Assembly: GCA_964442955.1 (NCBI GenBank)
Contig: CAYUBK010000001.1
Coordinates: 1 to 57,632 of the forward strand
From: an uncultured Zetaproteobacteria bacterium
GTDB lineage: Bacteria > Pseudomonadota > Zetaproteobacteria > Mariprofundales > Mariprofundaceae
Direction: 5' to 3'
Length of the DNA: 57,632 bases
How positions within the stretch are numbered: position 1 is the stretch's first letter; every line of letters starts with the position of its first letter. Shown piece by piece: positions 1-8,236 of the stretch. Under the pieces are notes generated by a model. The model made no database searches. It was not told the DNA's origin and worked only from the letters and a program-made list of their open reading frames with translations. The translations under genes and the position numbers were made by a program.

Positions 1-1
1 C

Positions 2-601
2 AATAACCCGGGCGGTCTGCTTAATCAGGCAGTGGAAGTATCCGATATGTTCCTCAACAAGGGTAATATTGTCAGCACCAAGTCGCGGGCAGGCAAGAGC
101 CTGTCATTCGATGCGCGTAAAGGAGATGCATTGAATCAGTTGCCGCTGATTGTGTTAATCAATCATGGTTCGGCATCCGCCTCGGAAATTGTAGCCGGTG
201 CATTGCAGGATCATCATCGTGCCGTACTGGTCGGCACCAAATCATTCGGCAAGGGTTCGGTACAATCGGTTGTGCCTCTGAATGACGGTACTGCGATCAA
301 GGTAACAACCGCCTTGTATTATACCCCCAGCGGGCGTTCCATTCAGGCCACTGGCATCGATCCGGATATCGAAGTGGAGCTGCAGCGGATCAAGCCCGAA
401 GACGCACCAAAAGCCAAACGCCCACTGGTCTCCGAACGTGATTTGAAAGGGCATTTGGCCAATGGTAATAAAAAGAAAACGCATGCGAAAAAGAATAAGA
501 CATCAGGTCCCAGTGAAGCGATGCAGAAGCGGCTAAAGCTGGACACCCAGTTGCAACGCGCGCTAGATCTGCTTAAGGGGCTGCATGCACTTAAGGGATA
601 A
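2..601 (+). CDS. ctpA: S41 family carboxyl-terminal processing protease (5'-truncated by window edge)
   Basis: Frame open from nt 2 (NNPGGLL). Contains SASASEIVAGALQD and GTKSFGKGSVQ, typical S41A motifs. Confidence 0.92.
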   Translation, partial: NNPGGLLNQAVEVSDMFLNKGNIVSTKSRAGKSLSFDARKGDALNQLPLIVLINHGSASASEIVAGALQDHHRAVLVGTKSFGKGSVQSVVPLNDGTAIKVTTALYYTPSGRSIQATGIDPDIEVELQRIKPEDAPKAKRPLVSERDLKGHLANGNKKKTHAKKNKTSGPSEAMQKRLKLDTQLQRALDLLKGLHALKG

Positions 602-639
602 GCACAGCGTAGTTTTTCCCTAACTGCAGAATCATCGCG

Positions 640-1593
640 ATGCCTAAAAAACGAAAGCTGCCTTTCTGGCTGGGGCTTGTGCTGGCCATGGTTCTGGCGG
701 CGCTACTTGTGCTGGTAGCTATGACCCCTCAGCCTGAGCAGACCGCACAGCCTCCACGCATGCAGCTGCCACCATCGCAAATGATGACACGCCAATCCGC
801 CAGCGTGACCGCACCTGAAACGGCTGACAAAATCACGAAGGCCGTACCGCCCCCACTTCCGCTTTCGCCATCAAAACCAACGGCGAACCATGGTCTGGCG
901 TTGATTCTGGATGATGTCGGTTACAACATCCGGGCATTGCGACGCATATTGGCACTTTCTGTTCCGGTAGCTATTTCGGTACTGCCTGATGCACCGCATG
1001 CCGTACAATCAGCCCGTTTGGCGCATCAGGCCGGGCAGGTGGTGATGCTTCATTTGCCCATGCAGCCGGAGGACCCGTCCCTGAAAATGTCCGATGCATT
1101 TCTGTTGGAGAACATGTCGAAAGATGGACTGCGCGATACGTTTTTGCGTGACCTGGCGCAAGTGCCATATGTTGAAGGTGTCAATAACCACATGGGCTCA
1201 AAACTAACGCAGTTGGAATCGCCCATGCATCAGGTGATGATGCAGTGCCGGGAAAAAGGACTGTTTTTTGTCGATTCAAGAACCAGCAGCAGCAGCATTG
1301 CAGCCCGGGTGGCGGCAAATGCGGGGCTAAAGTGGGCATCACGGCAGATTTTTCTGGATCATATCATGACCCCCGAAGCCATGACTGCCGCCTGGAATCA
1401 CGCCCGCGCCTGTGTGCACAAAAGGCATCGTTGTATCATCATTGCACACCCCAGAGCGGAGAGCGTGGCATTCCTTGAAAGCCACCTGACAAAGGAAGAT
1501 GCTGCGCAGATGGTATCAATCAAACGCTTACTACGGCGTAGCCCGGTCAAATCGCAGCAGTCAGAACGCGTTAGTGTGACGCAGGCACAATGA
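640..1593 (+). CDS. Divergent polysaccharide deacetylase family protein (YibQ/DUF610)
   Basis: N-terminal TM segment; motifs ILDDVG, LHLPMQP, GVNNHMGS, FFVDSRT, IAHP; usual position after ctpA. Confidence 0.9.
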   Translation: MPKKRKLPFWLGLVLAMVLAALLVLVAMTPQPEQTAQPPRMQLPPSQMMTRQSASVTAPETADKITKAVPPPLPLSPSKPTANHGLALILDDVGYNIRALRRILALSVPVAISVLPDAPHAVQSARLAHQAGQVVMLHLPMQPEDPSLKMSDAFLLENMSKDGLRDTFLRDLAQVPYVEGVNNHMGSKLTQLESPMHQVMMQCREKGLFFVDSRTSSSSIAARVAANAGLKWASRQIFLDHIMTPEAMTAAWNHARACVHKRHRCIIIAHPRAESVAFLESHLTKEDAAQMVSIKRLLRRSPVKSQQSERVSVTQAQ

Positions 1594-2207
1594 TGGCTGC
1601 ATTACGTAAATACCTGCTTGCCGGCGTCGTAGCCATGATGCCACTGCTGGTGGTGGTGGCGCTGGTCAACTGGCTGCTGAAAATGTCCGATAAGGCGGTT
1701 GCACTATTGCCGCCTGCATATCAGCCGGAAGTATTGTTTGGCGTGGATATCCCGGGCATGGGCATCCTGCTGGCGCTGTTGTTTATTATGGTGATTGGCG
1801 CATTGGTCACGCATTTTATCGGTCGCTATTTTATGCGCCTGATTGATTTGGTGATGGAGCGCATTCCGCTGGTACGCACGGTGTATAAAGCAACGCGTCA
1901 GCTGCTGGAAGCGATATTCAGCGACAATTCCTCCGCATTCAAAGAGGTTGTCATGGTTCCCTTCCCGCATAAGGGCAGCATGGTGCTCGGGTTTGTCACT
2001 GGCGAGAGCCCTGTATCTGCCGGCTCGGATTCCAATCCGTGCGTATCTGTCTTTGTGCCCTCCACCCCCTTGCCTACCACAGGCTGGTTATTGTTTGTCG
2101 AGGCTGGTGATCTGGTTCACCTGGATATCAGCGTCGAAGAAGGCATGAAGCTGGTTCTGTCTGGCGGGGTTGTGCCTGCCCAGCGTAAAGAGGCAGGTGA
2201 AGGGTGA
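1590..2207 (+). CDS. DUF502 membrane protein
   Basis: Two TM segments; RIPLVRTVY and VFVPSTPLPTTG motifs. Confidence 0.88.
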   Translation: MMAALRKYLLAGVVAMMPLLVVVALVNWLLKMSDKAVALLPPAYQPEVLFGVDIPGMGILLALLFIMVIGALVTHFIGRYFMRLIDLVMERIPLVRTVYKATRQLLEAIFSDNSSAFKEVVMVPFPHKGSMVLGFVTGESPVSAGSDSNPCVSVFVPSTPLPTTGWLLFVEAGDLVHLDISVEEGMKLVLSGGVVPAQRKEAGEG

Positions 2208-2279
2208 ATGTGTCCGTCTAACGCGTATGGATTCCTTCGTCGGCCTTGTTCCTGTCGTTTGCGCCGGTACGATGCTGCG

Positions 2280-3566
2280 ATGCTGAAAATTCTTTCCTTG
2301 CTTACGCTGCTGATATGTTCCGGTTACGCCATTGCAGAACCCGCTGTAGAGCAAACCGCAGCACAGCCAGCCACACTCTCCATTAGCGCCGCACATTCGC
2401 TGCTCGATCAGGGTCGGGAGGCTGAAGCGATTGGCGTGCTTGAGCAGTTGGTTAAAAACACGCCCACTGATTTTCAAGCCTGGTTTTTGCTGGGCGTGAC
2501 CCAGGCCAAAGAGCGCCGTTTCCACGATGCGGTGGCATCTTTTGGCAAGGTAGTTGCCTTGCAGCCGAAACTGGCCGAGCCGCATAACAACCTGGCAGTG
2601 ATTTATAATGAACTGGGTGATTTCCGCGCCGCCGTAAAAGAGCTGGAAGCCTCACTGAAATTAAAACCGGATTATGCGACTGCGCATGAAAATATTGGCG
2701 ATTTGTATGTGAAACTGGCAGCTGATTCCTATCGCAAAGCACTGAAAGAAGGTGGCCGTCCCGCCTTGCGCCAACGCTATAATCGCTTGCTGCATATTCG
2801 CAAGGTCAACCAACCCGAAGCTGAATCTGATACACGGCCCACGCCATCATCCAAGATAAACACGGCGCAGCAGCCTGCCTCCGAAATGGAACGCACATTG
2901 CCTGAAACAACCAGTATATCCGAACCCACTGTGGCAAATACGATTGCGAAGCAGAGCCCCAAGTCAGCACCTACAGGCGGAAATAAAATCGCAGCACAAC
3001 CAGCGATGCAGCAAGCACAGGCTACATCGCCAACCACTGCGTTGAACACAGAAAAGCATGTTGCTCAACAACAAGGCGCTGCAATCAAACCGCAGCGCCA
3101 GCCTGTTCTCCAAGAAATCATTCCCCTGAAAGCACCTCCTGCAACAAGTGCAGATGATCCCGGCAAAGTAGCGGTGGTTTATGAATCCCCTTCCCATACT
3201 CCGAAAAAAACCGGCGCGCAAGCTGATATCAAGGCTGCGATGGCGGCAGTGGAAGTGTGGCGTTCAGCCTGGAACCGTCAGGATTTGCCCGCTTATTTTG
3301 CCGCTTATAGCGATGCATTTGATTTCAGTCCGCGGTTTGAAACACTGAAACAATGGAAGCGTTACAAACAATCGGTGATCACAAAAAGAACATTTATCCG
3401 GGTAACGCTCGAAAATATTGAGGCGAAGAAATTACCGGAGGGTGAAATCAAGCTGGCTTTCCTGCAACATTTCCGCTCGGATTCATTTAATAGCGATGAC
3501 ATCAAAGCGATGTTGCTCCGACAAACCCAGGATGGATGGAAAATTATTTATGAAGCTTCTAAATAG
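2280..3566 (+). CDS. Exported TPR protein with low-complexity linker and C-terminal NTF2-like (Csd6 C-terminal-like) domain
   Basis: Signal peptide from ATG 2280; TPR motifs (PHNNLAVIY, AHENIGDLY); C-terminal WRSAWNRQDLPAYFAAYS...WKIIYE. Confidence 0.78.
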   Translation: MLKILSLLTLLICSGYAIAEPAVEQTAAQPATLSISAAHSLLDQGREAEAIGVLEQLVKNTPTDFQAWFLLGVTQAKERRFHDAVASFGKVVALQPKLAEPHNNLAVIYNELGDFRAAVKELEASLKLKPDYATAHENIGDLYVKLAADSYRKALKEGGRPALRQRYNRLLHIRKVNQPEAESDTRPTPSSKINTAQQPASEMERTLPETTSISEPTVANTIAKQSPKSAPTGGNKIAAQPAMQQAQATSPTTALNTEKHVAQQQGAAIKPQRQPVLQEIIPLKAPPATSADDPGKVAVVYESPSHTPKKTGAQADIKAAMAAVEVWRSAWNRQDLPAYFAAYSDAFDFSPRFETLKQWKRYKQSVITKRTFIRVTLENIEAKKLPEGEIKLAFLQHFRSDSFNSDDIKAMLLRQTQDGWKIIYEASK

Positions 3567-4824
3567 CAGATTGAACATCGTCTGGCTGCTGCTGTGGCTA
3601 CTCTCAGCTTCGTCAATAACGATTGCCGGTGAGTGGGATCAGGTCACCACAGCGCTCCAGGATGGCAAGGCCAATGCTGTCAGAAGTTTATCAAGCCAGG
3701 AACGCACCATTCTGCAAGCCACTGTCGCTTTGAAAACAGACAAGCCTGATCAGGCTTTAATGCTGCTGGCATCGGCAAAACATGCCAAAGATCCGCTGGT
3801 CGCTCTACTGGAAGCAGAGGCGCACCGCCAGCAGGCCATTCATGCCGTGCAACAGGTGGGCGGTATGGAAAAACAGGAAAAAATGCTTGTTTCAGCAGAT
3901 TTGAACGATGGCTTGGGCGAGGCTGATGCACGTCTGCACGCATTTATGGACAGGCTGAACAGGCAGGTGGGCGATCCTGTCGATATTCTGATGCCCGGGC
4001 CGAATGTTGCCAGCGTATTTATGTTCGATAAAGCGCGCAATCGGATGTTTGTCTATGAACCCACCCGCAATGGCGGACTTAAACAAATCACCGATGAATA
4101 TGTGGTGACCGGCACGGTGATTGGCGATAAACAGCGGCGCGGCGATGGTCGCACGCCGCATGGCGTGTATCGATTTGTGAAAAAGCTACAAGGTAAAAAT
4201 CTCGAATCGCGCTACGGCCCGGTCGCATTCCCGATTGATTATCCAAATGAGCTGGATGCCTTTCATAAAAAAGACGGTTCCGGCATCTGGCTACATGGCT
4301 ATCCGTTGGATGTCAGCCGTCGCCCGCCGCAGGATACACGCGGTTGCTTCTCGCTATCCAATGATCGTCTGCTGACCATGGCCAGACATGTTAAATTGCG
4401 CCATAGCTGGGTGATCGTTGGCGAAAATTTTGTATTTGATCAGGGCGCAAAGAAAAGCCAATTGCTCGACTCGGTCAAGCGGGATATCGAAGCATGGCGT
4501 CGCGACTGGGTGCGGTTGGATACGGATGCATATTTGTCGCATTACCATCGCAAGTTTCGTTCCGGAAAACGCGATCTGGCGGCATGGAAACGCTACAAAC
4601 GGCGTGTCAATGCCAACAAAAGCTTTGTGGAAGTCGGCTTCGCTAATATGACGCTGATTCATGACCCGAACGTATGGCCGGAAGGCGAAGTCGTGGTGGC
4701 CGAATTCGATCAGTCCTATCGCTCCAGCAACTATGCCGACAAAGGGCGCAAGCGCGTTTATCTGGCACGGGCCAATGCGAACCAGAGCTGGAAAATTCTG
4801 CTTGAGGAGTCACTCAAGCAGTGA
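3550..4824 (+). CDS. L,D-transpeptidase/carboxypeptidase family (YkuD), Csd6/Pgp2-like, with C-terminal NTF2-like domain
   Basis: GDGRTPHGVY, DYPNELD, GSGIWLHGYP...TRGC catalytic His/Cys; signal peptide from ATG 3550. Confidence 0.85.
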   Translation: MKLLNSRLNIVWLLLWLLSASSITIAGEWDQVTTALQDGKANAVRSLSSQERTILQATVALKTDKPDQALMLLASAKHAKDPLVALLEAEAHRQQAIHAVQQVGGMEKQEKMLVSADLNDGLGEADARLHAFMDRLNRQVGDPVDILMPGPNVASVFMFDKARNRMFVYEPTRNGGLKQITDEYVVTGTVIGDKQRRGDGRTPHGVYRFVKKLQGKNLESRYGPVAFPIDYPNELDAFHKKDGSGIWLHGYPLDVSRRPPQDTRGCFSLSNDRLLTMARHVKLRHSWVIVGENFVFDQGAKKSQLLDSVKRDIEAWRRDWVRLDTDAYLSHYHRKFRSGKRDLAAWKRYKRRVNANKSFVEVGFANMTLIHDPNVWPEGEVVVAEFDQSYRSSNYADKGRKRVYLARANANQSWKILLEESLKQ

Positions 4825-5960
4825 GTGAACAACAGCTTGGCCAGGCAACACCCAGCGTAGAGGATATGTCGAGCCGCCGCTTGCATAAAATGGCGGATGA
4901 GAATCGGGAATTGAAAGCCTACGTCGCCGATGTCAAACAACGGCTCAGACAGAATGAGCGTTTATTCTCCCGCATGTTCGATCTGGAATCCCAGGTCTTG
5001 AAATCAACCGATCCGGAAGACCTGTGTTTCACTCTGCTGCGCGCCCTGCGATCTGGTTTCGAACTGGATTTTGTGCGTTTCTGGCTGGATCGCTCCAGTT
5101 TTATCGGCGCACATCAACTCGAAGCGTTATCCGAACGTGATCTGGTTTGGGTCGAAGAAGGCGAAATTATGCAGATGGGATTGCATCGCAAGCGGACATG
5201 GTTGATGCAATTGTCGACCGAGCATCGTTTTGACTGGCTGACAGAAAGAGACAGCCATCTTGGTTCCCTCGCCCTGCTCACCTTGGGAGAAGCTGATAAA
5301 CCGTTCGGCATTCTGGGGCTGGGTTCGGTGGACAGGGATCGTTTTGCACCCGATCAGAGTAGCGATTTTCTGCAACATCTGGCGCAGGTGGTGGGGTTAA
5401 CGCTTGAGCATGCGGTGGCACGCGAACATCTGGCACGGCTTTCGGTAACAGATGCGGTTACGGGCAGTCACAATCGTCGTTTTCTGCAACCGCACAGTCA
5501 TCAGCCGTTGTCACAGTGGTTTGGCAAGCAGACGCAGGTGGCGTGCCTGTATGCCGATGTTGATCAGTTCAAGGTTTTTTCCGACCGCGTCGATGAGGCC
5601 ACCGCTGATAAGGCGCTGGCGATGGTATGCAATATGATGCGCCAGCATGTTCGCTCTTCCGATCCGCTGATTCGTATGGAAGGCGATGAGTTTGTCTTAC
5701 TCATGCCCGGCTGTTCTGAACAAAAAGCCAAAGAAGTCGCCGAGTTGACGGCTCATACAGTTGCCTGTCACAAATTGCCGGATAAACAATCGCTGACGGT
5801 CAGTATCGGTTTAGCTATTTCAACATCCGAGCAGGATTTGGCTGTCAAAGATTTGATCGCGCGCGCCGATCAAGCCATGTATGTGGCCAAGGCGCTGGGC
5901 GGCAATCGCTTTGAAATGGCTGAAAATGACGCAAATGGAAGTAGTGGAGATGCAGACTAG
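4821..5960 (+). CDS. DUF484/GAF-like domain fused to degenerate GGDEF domain
   Basis: Coiled coil, then GAF-like region (GILGLGSVDRDRFAPDQSSDFLQHL), then TDAVTGSHNRR, RSSD-x5-EGDEF, ADQAMYVAKALGGNR. Confidence 0.8.
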   Translation: MSEQQLGQATPSVEDMSSRRLHKMADENRELKAYVADVKQRLRQNERLFSRMFDLESQVLKSTDPEDLCFTLLRALRSGFELDFVRFWLDRSSFIGAHQLEALSERDLVWVEEGEIMQMGLHRKRTWLMQLSTEHRFDWLTERDSHLGSLALLTLGEADKPFGILGLGSVDRDRFAPDQSSDFLQHLAQVVGLTLEHAVAREHLARLSVTDAVTGSHNRRFLQPHSHQPLSQWFGKQTQVACLYADVDQFKVFSDRVDEATADKALAMVCNMMRQHVRSSDPLIRMEGDEFVLLMPGCSEQKAKEVAELTAHTVACHKLPDKQSLTVSIGLAISTSEQDLAVKDLIARADQAMYVAKALGGNRFEMAENDANGSSGDAD

Positions 5961-6846
5961 GCCGACCATCGGAGAGGCTACCGCCTCTTTTCTGCATGAA
6001 CTGGCCGATGTTCGGCTGGCATCCGAGCATACCGTTGCTGCTTACCGGCGCGATTTATCCCGTTTCACATCACACTGCGGCGAACAAGCACCGTTGCAAA
6101 CTATCACCCGCATTCAGGTGCAGGACTGGCTGGTGGCATGCCATGCATCCGGATTGGCGGCTTCCACACTGGCGCGGCGATTATCTGCCGTTTCCAGTTT
6201 TTTTGATGCAGCAGTACAGGCCGGTTTGTGCGAAACCAATGTCGCTGCCGGCATCCGCCCTCCCAAACAGCCGAAACGTTTGCCACGCACCCTGCCCCCG
6301 GAACAAACCGCAGCCCTGATGCAGCACACAGAGCGCAACAGTGACGTACGCGATCTGGCGCTGCTGGCTGTGATGTATGGTTGCGGCTTACGTGTCTCCG
6401 AAGTGGTGGGATTGAATGTGGATGATATCGATGTGCATCAGCGTGAATTACGCGTATTCGGCAAAGGCCGCAAGGAACGCATCGTGCCGTTGCCTGAAGG
6501 CGCAGTGCAGTATGTACAATCATGGTTAAACGAGCGCATCACTTCTAATGAAGAGCACGCTGTTTTTCTCAATAATCGAAATAGACGGTTATCTGCCCGC
6601 AGTGTGCAACGCATGCTCAAGGATCGCGCCCTGCAAACCGGCGCAGATGTATCGGTAACACCACACCGCCTGCGCCATTCCTTCGCCACCCATCTACTGG
6701 CCGGAGGCGTTGATCTGCGCGCCATTCAGGAATTACTGGGCCACGCATCACTGGCCACTACCGAACGCTATACCCATCTGGATATTGCCAAGCTTACTGA
6801 GGTGTATGATAAGACCCATCCCAGAGCAAAAAAACAAATCGGCTAG
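5950..6846 (+). CDS. xerC: Tyrosine recombinase XerC
   Basis: GLRVSE, GKGRKER, PHRLRHSFATHLL, IQELLGHASLATTERYTH, YDKTHPRA; follows a DUF484-type gene. Confidence 0.88.
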   Translation: MQTRPTIGEATASFLHELADVRLASEHTVAAYRRDLSRFTSHCGEQAPLQTITRIQVQDWLVACHASGLAASTLARRLSAVSSFFDAAVQAGLCETNVAAGIRPPKQPKRLPRTLPPEQTAALMQHTERNSDVRDLALLAVMYGCGLRVSEVVGLNVDDIDVHQRELRVFGKGRKERIVPLPEGAVQYVQSWLNERITSNEEHAVFLNNRNRRLSARSVQRMLKDRALQTGADVSVTPHRLRHSFATHLLAGGVDLRAIQELLGHASLATTERYTHLDIAKLTEVYDKTHPRAKKQIG

Positions 6847-6949
6847 TAACTTATTTTTCCCAATCTTTTTTGTCATAAAACAAATGTTTCATTCGACCAC
6901 CCAGGCAGTTATTACCCAATAGCCGCCGCATAGCGAGGTTGGTATTTCA

Positions 6950-7159
6950 ATGAAAGTTACGCTTAAAGACAGAGATCGTGCCATAAAAGATGACATTGAA
7001 ATTACGGCCTATACGACAAAAACCTCCCTCATCCGTCAAATTCAATCCCATGAAGGGCATGAGCCCTGCTTCAGAACAGATTTAAGGTTTTTTTGTAAAG
7101 AAACATGCGAATGGAAAGCCATGTGTGAAGATTGTCTCATCGCTTCATGGAAAAGATAA
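6950..7159 (+). CDS. Small Cys-containing protein (resembles the short proteins annotated SAP-domain-containing)
   Basis: KTSLIRQIQSHEGHEPCFRT...C-x3-C-x-W-x3-C pattern; GAGG upstream. Confidence 0.6.
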   Translation: MKVTLKDRDRAIKDDIEITAYTTKTSLIRQIQSHEGHEPCFRTDLRFFCKETCEWKAMCEDCLIASWKR

Positions 7160-7180
7160 TTGAATAGAGATGACATACGA

Positions 7181-7423
7181 TTATGCGGCACCGGATTCTT
7201 GTGCTCTTTTCAGCGCGCGCCTGTGAGCCAGTGCAATCATCTTTTTACTATATTGGGTCGCTGGTGGCGCGATGCCGTATTGTTCGATGACCATGTCGAT
7301 GCCAATTGGATCGGGGTTGCCATCGACCAGTTCGCTCAAGGTGGATTTGGCAAAACGCTTGCGCCGGGTTAGCTCAAAAATGCGTAACGCTCTGGCCAGA
7401 TAGAGGTGGTGTCCGGTCGGCAT
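7181..7423 (-). CDS. Hypothetical protein (80 aa)
   Basis: ATG 3 nt after the exonuclease stop; fills the gap to the convergent gene. Confidence 0.5.
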   Translation of the reverse strand: MPTGHHLYLARALRIFELTRRKRFAKSTLSELVDGNPDPIGIDMVIEQYGIAPPATQYSKKMIALAHRRALKRAQESGAA

Positions 7424-7426
7424 GCC

Positions 7427-8236
7427 TTAGCTGGCCGTGTCCCAGACCAGTAGATATTCAGCCAGATGCGGGCGTGCTTCGGATTCTGCTTCGAGATAGT
7501 TGCGTACACCGAGCATGGCGCGGGCGTATGCGCCTTCGCTTAGTGCGCCGGAAAAGAGTTGATGGCGCAGAAAGATCAGCATGGTTGTGAGTACATCGGT
7601 TTCGCAGTAATCGCGAATCGCCTCGATTTGACCTGCCTCGAACATCTCGCGCACATTGTCGCCTGATGTTTCCAGCTTGCCCGGCACATTGAAGGCCGCC
7701 GCAACTTCATCCATGGAGCAACGAGCTGAGGCACCGAAGTCGGATAATACCTCCAGTAAATCACAGTGATATTCTTTTGAATAACGGGTGTCGTAATTGT
7801 TCCATTTATCGCCCTGCGTGAACCAGCGCGGGCAGGAGAGCCCATGCGTCATGGCGCGATATTTCAGTACTGGCACATCGAAACCGCGCCCGTTGAAGCT
7901 GACCAGTTGCGGGGCGCGGGTTTCGATCAGGTGGAAAAAACCTTCCAATAACTCTTTTTCGGAACTGTTTTTGTCGCCGCCGGTCGCCAGTCTGCGTATG
8001 ACCAGTTCACCGCCCTCTTCACCCGGTTCGCGAATCAGATGACCGTAAGAAATGGCTACGATTTGATGAAAGGGCTGGCGCGGAAAATCGTTGCGGCCAT
8101 CAGTTTTTTCGAGGAAGTATTCGGATAGGCCATCGCGTGCTTCGCTGTCGGTCAGTTCGGGCAGGCGCAATACGCGCCGTGCCGCATCGGCATCCACCAC
8201 AGTTTCCGTATCGAATACAATCACATCACGACGCAT
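7427..8236 (-). CDS. Stand-alone PolB-like 3'-5' exonuclease (DEDDy)
   Basis: ExoI FDTET, ExoII FNGRGFD, ExoIII YCETD. Confidence 0.88.
   Translation of the reverse strand: MRRDVIVFDTETVVDADAARRVLRLPELTDSEARDGLSEYFLEKTDGRNDFPRQPFHQIVAISYGHLIREPGEEGGELVIRRLATGGDKNSSEKELLEGFFHLIETRAPQLVSFNGRGFDVPVLKYRAMTHGLSCPRWFTQGDKWNNYDTRYSKEYHCDLLEVLSDFGASARCSMDEVAAAFNVPGKLETSGDNVREMFEAGQIEAIRDYCETDVLTTMLIFLRHQLFSGALSEGAYARAMLGVRNYLEAESEARPHLAEYLLVWDTAS

Noticed and set aside
2800-3230. Ala/Pro/Gln/Thr-rich stretch as a tandem repeat
   Set aside because: It is a low-complexity linker with no discrete nucleotide repeat unit.
5950-6846. Tyrosine recombinase as a phage/island integrase
   Set aside because: It has XerC-type motifs and housekeeping context. 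No att repeats, tRNA or phage genes are nearby, and no dif site was recognised in the window.
7160-7372. ORF 7160-7372 (+)
   Set aside because: It overlaps the minus-strand ORF 7181-7423, which has better operon context. It has a TTG start and no motif.
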